A program made the translations under genes and the position numbers. The notes under the pieces are model-generated. The model saw nothing but the letters and a program-made list of their open reading frames with translations. It ran no database searches and had not been told where the DNA came from. A stretch of 64,000 bases of DNA, from positions 2,560,001 through 2,624,000 of the forward strand of contig OY761159.2 of NCBI GenBank assembly GCA_963664395.2, in the 5' to 3' direction. This document shows, in pieces, positions 50,271 through 60,737 of this stretch (position 1 is its first letter; the number at the start of each line of letters is the position of its first letter). Origin of the DNA: Candidatus Binatia bacterium (GTDB lineage: Bacteria; Desulfobacterota; Binatia; Bin18).

Positions 50271-52678
50271 TCAGTCACCGGTGAAGTGATAGGTCAATTC
50301 CAGACCGAACACCCGGCCTCTCATCAACGGCGAGAGGGTGCCGGTGGGCAGTTGGATGTCCGTCCCGAACTTCGCGTAGTCCAGCAGGTTTTTGCCGTAC
50401 AGGCCGACCACCCACTGGCTGTTGTCGACATGCATATCCACCCCGGCCTGTAACATCTTCTGCTGCCGGTTGAAGCCGGTGTTGTCGTCGTTGGTATACT
50501 CTTTATCGCGGTAGGCGTAGGTGAAACGCGAAGCGAGCCGAACGCGAGTGCCGACGCGGAGATTGTGGAGCAGGCCCAGGCTATAGGTCCAGTGCGCGGC
50601 CCGCGGCGGTTCGAGGTCCTCGTCCCTACTGTCCAGCTTACCGTCCCGGGTGAGGTCGAACTTGACCTTGGTGTAGTCCGACTCGACGTAGCCGAGCGAG
50701 CCGAGCAAGACCAAGCTTGGGGAGAGGACCACCATCCCCTCCATTTCCAAGCCCCAGAATTCGGCGTCGGCCGTATTCCGAATCACCTGCACGAGGTTCT
50801 GCACCGTCTGTATGGTCGGCCGTCCATCCACAAAGATGATGACAGGCCGACCCGTGATCGGGTCCGGGGCAGGCAGGTTCTCGCCGAAAGTCAGTTCACG
50901 TTGCAGATCGTCGACGAAGTTGTAGAAAAACGACGCGTTCAGGCGGACGCGATCGCCGAAGGTCTTCTTGAAGCCGATCTCGAAATTGTCGATCTGCTCT
51001 TCGTCAAACGCCTCGGTACCAAGATCGCGGGCGACCTTCAGGCCGAGCGCCTCCAGCCCGGCAATCTCCGCGTCCGACAGTCCCTGGGTCAGATCGAAAA
51101 ACGAGTCGCGCAGATTATAGCCGCCGGACCGGAAGCCGCGCGTCCAGTGGGCGTAGATCAGCGTCTCCTCGTCGAGCCGATAGGTCAGCCCGATCTTAGG
51201 CGACAGACTGTTCCAGCTTGCCTCGTCTTTGAAATGGATAGGACAGTCGGGGCCATCCACCATGTGACACTGGATATCCCTAGTTCGGAGGATATTTGTA
51301 ATCTGTGCGGCTTTCTCTTCATGAGTGTGGCGCAGCCCTAGGGTCAGCGTCAGCCGGTCGGTCAGGTCGTAGTCCCCGGCGGCGAATAGCCCGAACGTCT
51401 CGACGTTATAGATACCGCCGCCGTTGAATTCTAAGATGTCGCCACTGGCGTCACCGAACAACCGCTGTTCGTGATAGTAGAGATCGTTCTGAAAATAGTA
51501 GAAGCCGGTCGTCAGGAAGAGCCGGTCGAAGAACATCCCGCTGTAGCGCAGCTCGTTGCTGAACTGCTCCGCGGCTTGTGCGCCGCCTCCATGGAAAAAG
51601 GTCAGCGGCGTCGCGTCGGTATCGCTCAGACCATCGCCCATCCCCTCGCGCCAGCCGAAGATATTGGTAATTGTGCCGTTACCGAATGGGATGTCCCAAT
51701 CCGCCCTGGCGTTGAAGAAGTTGATATAAGTCTTCAGGAAGCCCTCTTCGTTGACGGCGAAGTCGTGGCTGTCGCGCTTGAAGTTGAACAGAGGATGGGA
51801 CAGGCCGGCACCGTTAGTATGCGTCTGAGCCGCGGGTCCGTCGCCGTCGAGATCCTGATATTCATAGCGGAGCGTCAGGCGCAGGCTGTCCGTGGGTTGC
51901 CAGGAGATGACCGGCCGCAGCATCAGCGTGTCCTGCACGCCGAACGCCTTGCCGGTATGCTCATTCTCGAACCAGCCCTGATCCTGATTGGAATACACAG
52001 TGAAGCGTGCGCCCAGGGTATCGGTCAGCGGGGCGTTGAGCGTGCCCGCGACGTAGACGTTGGGCGCTTTGCCACCGCCTTCCACCGCGGTGCGTAGCGT
52101 GGCTTCGTAGCGGTCAGTCGGCGTTCGGGTGTTGAGCAGGACCGCCCCGCCCACGACGTTACGGCCAAACAGGACGCCTGCGGCCCGCGCAGGACCTCGA
52201 CAGCCTCCAGATCGAAGGTGTCGTACAGCATCGACGCATTCGAGCCCATATACACGCCATCGATAAACACGCCGACCGGCGGGTCGATACCCGGAATAGA
52301 GCTGTTGATACCCAAACCACGAATCGAGAAGTTCGCGATGCCGCGAGCCGTACCAACATCGTCCAGGGACACGTTTGGCATGCGTATTGACAGACTGGTC
52401 AGGTCGCGCACCTTGAGCGCGTCAAGCTGTTCGGCGTCGAAGGCGGTGACCGGCAGCGGCACGTCCTGGATCAGTTGCTCCCGCTTTTGGGCGGTCACCA
52501 GGATATCTCTCAGGTGCGTAACCCCTTTCGCCGGGACAGGTTTGTTGAAATCCTGAGCACTTGCCGCCGGCAGCGTGGCGATCCCCAACAGCAGGATGAT
52601 GCTGAGCGCGATCAGACGCCGGCCGACGCGCGTTGCAGTCATGCGATCGTCCGATTGTTTCGGTTGATATTCCGCCAT
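50271..52678 (-). pseudogene. TonB-dependent receptor with a 1-bp frameshift near 52177
   Basis: ILVTAQKREQ.IQDVP, RGLG, EVLRGPQ then (G)VLFGRNVVGGA; restoring one G (CAG GGC) joins 52025-52678 to 50271-52154. Confidence 0.88.
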
Positions 52679-52786
52679 TCCGGCAATGGAGTATTCGCTT
52701 TCGAGAGGCCAATCGTCGCGTGCCTTGCGCCTGATGAGCGGCCTAGTATAGCATGCGCCCGAATCTCACAAAGGAGGACAGCATAT

Positions 52787-53671
52787 ATGCAAGTTGGATA
52801 TTTCGCGATTGGCATTGGGCTGGGCGCAGACCCCGAGGTGGTCAGCCTGACGGCGCAAACGGCTGAGCAAGCAGGTTTTCATTCACTCTGGGCGCCCGAA
52901 CACGTAGTGTTGCTCGACCAGTACACCTCAAAATACCCGTATTCAGCCGATGGGCGATTACCCATGCCAACCACGCAGATTGATATTCTTGATCCATTTA
53001 CCGCGCTGACGTATGCCGCCGCGCAAACCACAACGATTCGCCTGGGAACCGGCATTTGCCTGCTGCCCGAGCGCAACCCGGTGGTCACCGCAAAAGAAGT
53101 CGCCAGTTTGGATAAGCTTTCGGGCGGGCGTTTTGATTTCGGTGTCGGCGTGGGCTGGCTGGCTGAAGAGTTCAGCGCGGTGGGCGTCCCCTGGGAACGC
53201 CGGGGGCAACGCACACGTGAATATCTCCAGGTCATGAAAATGCTGTGGACCGAGGAAGAGTCTGAATTCAGCGGTGAATTTTGTAGCTTCCCCAAAGTTC
53301 GTTCGTATCCCAAACCCGTCCAGAGCCCGCATCCGCCGATTATTTTCGGGGGCGAGAGCAAACCCGCGCTGCGGCGCGTCGGGGAGGTCGGAGATGGCTG
53401 GTTTGGGGTGAACGTCACGCCCGAATCAACCAAAGAGCATATCGAGCGGATGAAAGGCTATGCCGAAGCAGCCGGACGTGACTCCAGTCAGTTTCACTAT
53501 TCCGTTTCTACGGGTATTGGCATGCCGATTACAATGGATGAGGTCAAACGGTTCCGCGACCTGGGCGTGCATCAGATCATTGTTGGTGGATTTTCCGAGA
53601 ACGCGGATGCCGTCAAGGGCGATATCGAGAAACTGGCCGAACAGATTGTTGTGCCGGCGGCGGACTTGTAG
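52787..53671 (+). CDS. LLM-class (probably F420-dependent) oxidoreductase
   Basis: WAPEHVV, YPYS.DG, LDPF, GVGWLAEEF, GDGW; AAGGAGG RBS. Confidence 0.9.
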   Translation: MQVGYFAIGIGLGADPEVVSLTAQTAEQAGFHSLWAPEHVVLLDQYTSKYPYSADGRLPMPTTQIDILDPFTALTYAAAQTTTIRLGTGICLLPERNPVVTAKEVASLDKLSGGRFDFGVGVGWLAEEFSAVGVPWERRGQRTREYLQVMKMLWTEEESEFSGEFCSFPKVRSYPKPVQSPHPPIIFGGESKPALRRVGEVGDGWFGVNVTPESTKEHIERMKGYAEAAGRDSSQFHYSVSTGIGMPITMDEVKRFRDLGVHQIIVGGFSENADAVKGDIEKLAEQIVVPAADL

Positions 53672-53702
53672 CCGGTGGCCTGCCGCGGAGAGGAGAAACA
53701 CT

Positions 53703-54359
53703 GTGAGCCGACTGTACGGTGACCGGCACCGCGCCCTGCAAGACCAGTTTGAAACCCGCAAGCTGGCGGACCGGGTGGAAGAGGCCGTGGTCAAGACCGA
53801 GGTCGGCAAGGGCGACAAAGCCTTTATCGAGTCGCGGGATATGTTTTTCCTCTCAAGCATAGACCATCAGGGCCGGCCCACGGTCTCGTATAAGGGCGGA
53901 GATGCGGGCTTTGTCAAAGTGGTTGACGAGCAGACGGTCGTGTTTCCCAGCTATGACGGCAACGGCATGTTTTTTTCGATGGGCAATATTGCCGGCAACG
54001 CCGAGGTCGGCCTGTTGTTCATCGACTTTGAGACGCCGACCCGGGTCCGCCTGCAGGGCCGGGCCACCGTCTCGGCAGACGATCCGCTGATGGCCGAATA
54101 CCAAGAATCCGAGTTGATCGTTCGGGTGCAGGTGTCTGAAATCTGGACCAACTGTCCCCGCTATGTCCATCGCTACCAGAAAGTTGCCCCGTCCCGGTAC
54201 GTTCCGCGAGCGGCGTGTGCAACTCCGCTCGCAGAATGGAAACGTATCGACATGCTCCAGGACGTGCTGCCGCCGAAAGATCAGGGCCGGACGGAAGAAG
54301 CGGGCGGCACCATATCCATGCAGGAGTGGGCAGAGAGCGCCAAGGCCGGCAAAGGTTAG
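53703..54359 (+). CDS. Pyridoxamine 5'-phosphate oxidase family (split-barrel flavin-binding) protein
   Basis: PTVSYKGG, FPSYDGNGM, LLFIDFE, NCPRYVH. Confidence 0.88.
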   Translation: MSRLYGDRHRALQDQFETRKLADRVEEAVVKTEVGKGDKAFIESRDMFFLSSIDHQGRPTVSYKGGDAGFVKVVDEQTVVFPSYDGNGMFFSMGNIAGNAEVGLLFIDFETPTRVRLQGRATVSADDPLMAEYQESELIVRVQVSEIWTNCPRYVHRYQKVAPSRYVPRAACATPLAEWKRIDMLQDVLPPKDQGRTEEAGGTISMQEWAESAKAGKG

Positions 54360-54392
54360 GGCGTTTCACGATACTCTCTAGCTGTGGTGGAT

Positions 54393-54707
54393 GGGGGAGG
54401 CCCGAACCCCCCTGAATCCCCTTTGTCAGGGGGACAAAAGCGGCTACTCAGGGGGGTTGGGAGGTCGCCCCCGGCTGAAAGGGCCGAGCGTGTTGCCCGC
54501 GAGGCTTCCGCTTGTGGCTACACAGAATCGGAAAACGCGCTCGGAGGAGGGTCGTCAACCGGGGCACCCTCCGTCATTCCGGCGAAAGCCGGCATCCAGG
54601 TTCCCGGCCTCTGGATGCCGGATCAGTCCGGCATCCAGAGGCCAGGGGGTAGCCTACCCGCCCCGCTCAACTTTGCCTTTGTAGGGGCACCCATGAATTG
54701 CCCCTAC
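54393..54707. repeat. Cluster of unrelated REP/MITE-like palindromes between convergent genes
   Basis: AACCCCCCTGA/TCAGGGGGGTT (54405-54458); CGTCATTCCGGCGAAAGCCGG (54572); 17-bp-arm palindrome 54606-54643; GTAGGGGCA/TGCCCCTAC (54681-54707). Confidence 0.8.
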
Positions 54708-54720
54708 AGCAAGTCAAGCA

Positions 54721-55842
54721 CTACACGCTTGCCGCGGCGAACTCGGCCTGTTCTTTGGGCAACTGAAAGGCCGGGTCGGTCTGAAGCACTGGTAATACTT
54801 TCTCGGCAAAGAGTTGGAAGCTGCGATTCAGTTTCGGAGCCGGCAGGCCGCCGAAAGCGAACGTGCCGACCATGTGGTCGAGCGCGACCGTTTCGTGGAT
54901 ATAGCGAATTTTTTCCAGCACCTGTTCCGGCGTGCCTGCCGCGTGCAGGCTGCGGAAGAACTTGATCGCCTTGACCTTGGCCTGCTCATCCGCATTGAGC
55001 TTGGCGTAGGTTTTTGCCATCTTGCCGTAAAACTCATACCCTTTGACGTTTTTCAGCTTACCCGAAGAAAAGCCGTAGTGGTTTTCGATGGAGTCGAACA
55101 GCGTGCCCATGTAATGCTGAGCCAAATCTTCGGCTTCTTTGGCATCGTCAGAAACCAACACGTTGAAGAGTCCGATAGGCGGGCGAGGTATGATGTTGTT
55201 GGCCTGAGCAGTCTCGCAATAGCGTTGATAATCCGTGGCGGTGTCCTCCCAACTCCGCTGGGCGATAATCAATACCCCAAAGCCCATCTTGGCCATGATG
55301 TCCGCGGACTCCGGGCTGACCGACGAGGCGTAGAAGCGAGTCTCGGGATTGGAGATGGGACGCGGGCGGACTTGAATATCCGGGATCTGATAATACGTGC
55401 CGTCGTACGAAAAGCTTTCCTGGGTCAGGCCCATGCGAATGATGTCGGCGCATTCGACAAAGCGCTCGCGCGACTCGTCCATGGGAATCCGGAAGCCGGC
55501 GTATTCGACTATGGCCGCACCGCGCCCAAAGCCGAAAATAGTCCGTCCGCCTGACACCAAGTCGAGCAGGGCGATTTTCTCGGCTATTTCGACAGGATCG
55601 TGCCAGGGCAACACGATCACCGCGGTGCCGAGTTGAATCTTCTTGGTCCGACCGGCCATATAGGACAACAACTGACACGGGTCAGGCGACATCACATAGC
55701 CGGTGAAATGGTGGTCAAGGCTCCACAGCGAGTCAAAGCCATAGTCTTCCGCTTTATCCGCCAGCGACAGCTCTTCCTGATAGGTTTGCAGGTCCGGCTT
55801 GCCGTCAAAACTGGTCAACTGCATGATCGTCCCGACTTTCAT
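54721..55842 (-). CDS. LLM-class flavin-dependent oxidoreductase
   Basis: WSLDHHF, LGTAVIVLPWHDPV..AE, GFGRG. Confidence 0.93.
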   Translation of the reverse strand: MKVGTIMQLTSFDGKPDLQTYQEELSLADKAEDYGFDSLWSLDHHFTGYVMSPDPCQLLSYMAGRTKKIQLGTAVIVLPWHDPVEIAEKIALLDLVSGGRTIFGFGRGAAIVEYAGFRIPMDESRERFVECADIIRMGLTQESFSYDGTYYQIPDIQVRPRPISNPETRFYASSVSPESADIMAKMGFGVLIIAQRSWEDTATDYQRYCETAQANNIIPRPPIGLFNVLVSDDAKEAEDLAQHYMGTLFDSIENHYGFSSGKLKNVKGYEFYGKMAKTYAKLNADEQAKVKAIKFFRSLHAAGTPEQVLEKIRYIHETVALDHMVGTFAFGGLPAPKLNRSFQLFAEKVLPVLQTDPAFQLPKEQAEFAAASV

Positions 55843-56089
55843 ACACCCCTCCTTTTTTTCCTGGGTTTTTTCTTGGGTAAAATAAAGCGCCTATTATAGG
55901 AGAGCAAAGTCAATTACACAAACGGTCGAAAGAACGTCCCGTTGCGTCAGCCGGTCCCTCCGCACCCCGCCTCGACTGAGACACGCGAACCGGATACCGG
56001 CACAACTTTGAACCTTATTATCCTTTCTGATATAGCGGCCAGGGCAATATCACACCAAGAACCGCATTTCGGGAAAATATGGAGAACGC

Positions 56090-57244
56090 ATGGCAGACCA
56101 CGATATCAAGAACGCAGTCCGGGACATTGAGTGTCCGGTGTTTGAGAACCCGGCATTCACCACCCCCCCGCCGTTGGAAGAAGCGACGGTGGCCATTGTC
56201 ACCTCGGCGTCGCTGCATCATCCCGACCAGGACGATTTTGCGGCGCGTGACACGAGTTACCGGGCGCTGGACGCTGCCCGGCGGGATTATATTGTCGGCC
56301 ACTGGAGCCCAAACTTCGACAGTTCCGGTGTGGCGGCCGACCTCAACGTTGTCTTCCCCATTGACCGGCTGGATGAACTGGCCGCGCAAGGAACAATCGG
56401 CAAGGTGGCGGACACGCATCTGGCCTATGCCGGCAATCAGTTCGATCTGGCCCAGATTCGGATGGACGGTGGACCGGCAGGCGCCGCCCTGCTCAAGGAA
56501 CAGGGCGTTGACGTTGTGCTGCTGACCCCAGTGTGACCGCTGTGCACGCGTACCGTGTGTACGCTGGCGCATATTTTTGAGGCGGCCGGCATGGCGACGG
56601 TGGCGTTCGGCTCGATCCGTCAACACATGATCGGCACGGCGCCGCCGCGCGGGCTGGCGTGCGACTTTCCGCTGGGCCGGCCCATTGGGAAACCGAATGA
56701 CCCCGCGTTTCAGCATCGCGTTCTGGCGCACGCCTTTTCGATGCTGAAACGGACCGAACCTGGAGTTGAAGACTTTGCCGAGTCCATTTCGGACGAAAAA
56801 ACCGAAGTGCTGGCATGTCCTCTTCCACCACGCCACGACCCGGACGCCCATCCCGCAGTGGATGAAGCGCGCGGTCTGCGGACCGCCTATGAGCGGGCGA
56901 TCAAAAAATATGGCAATCGGGTGGGATCCGGTCGCGCCATCAGCGCGGCCGATGTCCCTTCTGCCCTTGAGGCGTTTATCCGTATTGGCCAGGGAACGCC
57001 GTGGAAGGAAGCCAAGATTCCTGGCGTACCGGCCCGCGTCGCCCAGGACATTCGTGGCTATTATGAGACGGCCGCATTGGCCATTGCCGACCACACGCCG
57101 GCAGCCTGGGCCGGGCTGCGCTGGTTTCGAGACTCCACCCAAGCCGGCAAAGTCATTCGCGCCGCGCAGCAGGCCATGAAAGATGCGGATGTGCGGCGCG
57201 ATCTGTGGTTTTTTCTGCTGCCCATGGACAGCATGCAGAGCTAA
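56090..57244 (+). CDS. PrdB/GrdB-like selenoprotein (Sec at codon 149, UGA 56534-56536) with C-terminal extension
   Basis: ORFs 56090-56536 and 56555-57244 are in frame; readthrough gives GVDVVLLTPV-U-PLCTRTVCTLAHIFEAAG (UxxC); hairpin follows; selA/selC are in the window. Confidence 0.9.
56537..56569 (+). promoter_or_regulatory. Bacterial SECIS candidate
   Basis: GCGTAC-CGTGT-GTACGC stem-loop (56548-56564), loop 17 nt after UGA and containing GU; possible lower stem CGCT/GGCG. Confidence 0.7.
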
Positions 57245-57254
57245 GGAGGGAGAT

Positions 57255-57737
57255 ATGGCGTCTTTCTTATCAATGGACGATCCTACATTTTGGAAGCAAT
57301 ACCCGCAGGAACTGAAAGAGCTGGTCGAACTGCCCTTAGACGGGGTGACCGGACTGGCCTATTTCTTACTCGGCGATAGGAAAGACAACCCGCCCACGGT
57401 GGTGACGCTGCGGATGGGCCCGAACTGGACCCTGCCGCGGCACGCCCACGACTGCCATCGGTTTGAGATTGTCGTGCAGGGCACGCTGGACGTGGGTGAG
57501 CGCATCCTCAAGCCCGGTGACGTGATGATGACGGAGCCGGGTGTGGCCTACGGCTCGCATATCGCCGGACCGGAGGGCTGTACCACCTTCGAGATTTTCA
57601 GCAACCATCGGGGGTCCTACGTCACCCTGGTTGATACCCCGCAGGGTCGCATCGAGTGTGATGTCTCCACCCGAGAGGGCATGAAGAAAATGGAACAGGC
57701 CATGCTGCGCGATATGGAGGCCAACGGACAGGCGTAG
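57255..57737 (+). CDS. Cupin-domain protein
   Basis: LPRHAH...RFEIVVQG...PGD......YG.H.AGPEGC...EIF; AAGGAGG RBS overlaps the selenoprotein stop. Confidence 0.85.
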   Translation: MASFLSMDDPTFWKQYPQELKELVELPLDGVTGLAYFLLGDRKDNPPTVVTLRMGPNWTLPRHAHDCHRFEIVVQGTLDVGERILKPGDVMMTEPGVAYGSHIAGPEGCTTFEIFSNHRGSYVTLVDTPQGRIECDVSTREGMKKMEQAMLRDMEANGQA

Positions 57738-57777
57738 AAGATACCCCCATCCTTGCAAGTGATAACGACTTAGATTC

Positions 57778-57812
57778 CTTCTCCCTTGAGGGAGAAGGCC
57801 AGGATAAGGGTG
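57778..57812. repeat. BoxC-like palindrome CCTTCTCCC-TTGA-GGGAGAAGG
   Basis: 9-bp arms followed by a purine-rich tail. Confidence 0.55.
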
Positions 57813-57984
57813 AACCGGAGCAAACCGGTCTCTCAAGTCTTGATCCGACCATCAGTCTGGAGTTTTACGGTCTCTCGTGAAACGTGAAGACGGAGAAATG
57901 GCGCAGCCACGAATGGCGCAATCACGCCGGTTGCCTGGCCCTGCCTTCCGGGGTAAGACCGAGCGATCAAAATAACCGAGAGGT

Positions 57985-58659
57985 ATGATGAGCATGGCAT
58001 CAGACATCACGTTTCACTACTTCCACGGGAGAGGAATCGGAGAGCCGATCCGCCTCCTGTTCACTGTAGGTGAGATAGCGTTCACCGACCGGCGCTATAG
58101 CGTAGACGAATTCGCCAATATGGCGGCGTTCAAAGCCCAGCTCCCGTTCGGACAAATGCCCGCCCTTGAGGTGGACGGCGTATTCCTAGGTCAGACTGAC
58201 AGTATCGCTCGTCTGGCCGCGCGCCTGGCCGGCTTGTATCCGTCGGACCCCATTGAGGCGGCTCGCAGTGATATGATCGTCGTGCATCAAGCCGAAATCC
58301 AGTCAGCCCTGGCCAAGATGAGCTTCGACGGTGTGCCCGGCGCTCCGGGGACGAAAATGGTGCCGCAAGAAGAGCGGCAGAAACGCATCGCCACGTGGGT
58401 TGAGACCACACTGCCGGGAGCCCTGCTGCACCTGGAAAAGCTCTCACAGGAGGGCTGTATGGTGGGCTCACAGCTCTCCTGGGCCGATATTTGCGTCTTC
58501 AATCGGTTGAACCAACTGCTCGACATAGATGCAGACGTGTTGCACGCTGATTTCCCGAAACTCCAGGCGGTGTACGAACGGGTCGATACGTTGCCGCAAA
58601 TCCAGATCTGGATACAGGCGCACCAGGATGACTATCCCAGATTCAGCGCGGGCGGCTAG
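57985..58659 (+). CDS. Glutathione S-transferase (sigma/alpha-like)
   Basis: YFHGRGIGEPIRL, PFGQMP.LEVDG, QT.SI.R, G..LSWAD. Confidence 0.9.
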   Translation: MMSMASDITFHYFHGRGIGEPIRLLFTVGEIAFTDRRYSVDEFANMAAFKAQLPFGQMPALEVDGVFLGQTDSIARLAARLAGLYPSDPIEAARSDMIVVHQAEIQSALAKMSFDGVPGAPGTKMVPQEERQKRIATWVETTLPGALLHLEKLSQEGCMVGSQLSWADICVFNRLNQLLDIDADVLHADFPKLQAVYERVDTLPQIQIWIQAHQDDYPRFSAGG

Positions 58660-58669
58660 AACAAACGCG

Positions 58670-59971
58670 CTAATGAAAGGGATACGGCAAAAGATGCTCT
58701 TCTGCATTCAGGTCGTGGATTGAAGCACAGCCCAGGAGCCGCAGGGTATCCTCGATTTCTTTTTTCAGGATGGCAAACGCCTTGCGCACCCCCGCTTCTC
58801 CACCCGCCCCAAGACCATACACATACGCCCGTCCGGCCAAGACCGCATTCGCACCGTGGGCTAGGGCAATGACGACATCTGCGCCGGAACGAATGCCGCC
58901 GTCCAGCAGGATTGTCAGCTTGGAGTCCTTGAGCTCGGCCGCGATGTCTTTCAGGACGTATAAGGTGGGGTAGACGCGATCCATCTGGCGGCCGCCGTGG
59001 TTGGAGATGATAATGCCGTCCACGCCATGTTCGACCGCCAGCCGGGCATCTTCGACACACTGCACGCCCTTCACGAGGATAGGCTTGTCCTTCCCCCAGA
59101 TTTCCCGAATCCAGGCCAGATGTTCCCAGGTGACAACCGAAGTGCGCAGTTGAGCCCCAACGTCCGCGTAGGGCATGGGCTGTCCGTCGTTCAGCATGAC
59201 ATTGCGGAATTGCATCATCCCGCCGTCCGCGTAAAAGCTCTTCAGCCAGGAGAGATGGGAGATCATTTGCGGGCCAAATTTCAGTTTCTGGAAGGGCGTG
59301 CCGTTAATCGCCTGTGAGGCACCTAACCACTCGTGCCGGGCGCGATTCCCGGCGACCGCGGTATCAATGGTCAGCACCAGCGCAGAATAGCCGGCATTTT
59401 TCGCCCGTTCGATCCCGCGGGCGGCGACCTCTTTTCCCCCAACGAGATAGAGTTGATACCAACACGGTCCAGGTGAGGCGGCGCTGACTTCTTCCAGGTC
59501 GGTCCCGGTCAGGGTGGACAGTGTGCATATCGTCCCGGCCTCACCGACCGCCTTGGCAGCGACGGCTTCTCCGCGCGGCCAGAGCATGCGGGTGCTGCCT
59601 ATCGGAGCGGCGATAACCGGCAGCGCCAGGGTGTGTCCCAGAATTTCGGTCCGCATCTCTATGGCGTCAAGCCGGACCGCACATCTCGGCTTAAAGCGTT
59701 CTCTTTGAAAGGCTTCGACATTATCTCTGAGCGTGATTTCATTATCGGCCCCACCCCGATAGTACTCTCTCACAATCGGTGGTACGCGCTGCTCCATCAC
59801 CTGCCGCAGATGATCGATGGTGACGCATTTTTCAACCGCTCTGGCCCAGCGCTTCGCACTTCTGGCATGCGCGCGCCGGAGGTAGGGTTGCAGCAGCCGC
59901 AGCCCGGCACTGTGTCCATTGAGAGCAGGCGTGTGCTCAAGATTGCGTTCGAGCGGCTGCGGGTGAGTCAT
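58670..59971 (-). CDS. FMN-dependent alpha-hydroxy acid oxidase/dehydrogenase (LldD-like)
   Basis: GGADNEITL.DN, WYQLY, SNHGGRQ, DGGIRSG.D, GRAY. Confidence 0.93.
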   Translation of the reverse strand: MTHPQPLERNLEHTPALNGHSAGLRLLQPYLRRAHARSAKRWARAVEKCVTIDHLRQVMEQRVPPIVREYYRGGADNEITLRDNVEAFQRERFKPRCAVRLDAIEMRTEILGHTLALPVIAAPIGSTRMLWPRGEAVAAKAVGEAGTICTLSTLTGTDLEEVSAASPGPCWYQLYLVGGKEVAARGIERAKNAGYSALVLTIDTAVAGNRARHEWLGASQAINGTPFQKLKFGPQMISHLSWLKSFYADGGMMQFRNVMLNDGQPMPYADVGAQLRTSVVTWEHLAWIREIWGKDKPILVKGVQCVEDARLAVEHGVDGIIISNHGGRQMDRVYPTLYVLKDIAAELKDSKLTILLDGGIRSGADVVIALAHGANAVLAGRAYVYGLGAGGEAGVRKAFAILKKEIEDTLRLLGCASIHDLNAEEHLLPYPFH

Positions 59972-60120
59972 CGCGACGCTGCTCCTATTCCTTAACCTGT
60001 CCGGGGCGGGCGTATCTACTGCGGTTCTTCTGACTTCTGCCGGGAACGCAAATTTTACATGCGTTTATCCCAAAACGCCAATTCTTCCTGTTCTGACTTC
60101 CCTGATAGCCACCCAAGGCC

Positions 60121-60147
60121 GTCGGATGACGCTCCGCTCATCCGACC
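60121..60147. repeat. REP-like palindrome, same family as 29409 and 62520
   Basis: GTCGGATGACGCTCCGCTCATCCGACC. Confidence 0.7.
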
Positions 60148-60737
60148 GTGCTCTTAGTAAATTTCCTGCCCAATATCCCTGTTGCCTTGGCCTTTAACCT
60201 CTTTTCCATGGCGTCGAACAGGCGGAGATACCACGCGCGACTGACGCGCGGCACCAGCCAGACGGCGCACCGGACCGCAGCCAGTCTGCTTAAAAAGGGG
60301 CTCTTGGGCGCGGTATCGGGCGCGCCCGTGGCGAGCCCAACTCGAAACTAGGGTACCAGCCAGACCGGAAGAATTGCCCCTTCAGCAACGTACTGGCAGA
60401 CCGGCCGGCGATGTCTCTTAACGGCATCCGTCTTGCCATCAGAAAAAGCGAAAGGCCATGCACGCGCCGCCCCGAAAGCTGAGATGAAAGGGAAGTCCAG
60501 ACGGCGTCGGGTCGGCCCCCGGCGCGTTTTTTATGCGTCTTGATGATTGTACGGGCGCGGGCGCGGGCAGTTTTGGGAGTAGAGCACGCCTTTGAGTAGC
60601 AGCGGACCACAAAACTGTGTTAAGTCTTGCTCCTGTTCCTCATAGACGCGGCAGACTCTCCAGCCGGGAGAATCGGCTGATTGACACGTAAAATCGGAAC
60701 CTATGGTCGCAGTGACGACGGCCTACCTGGCGCGACA

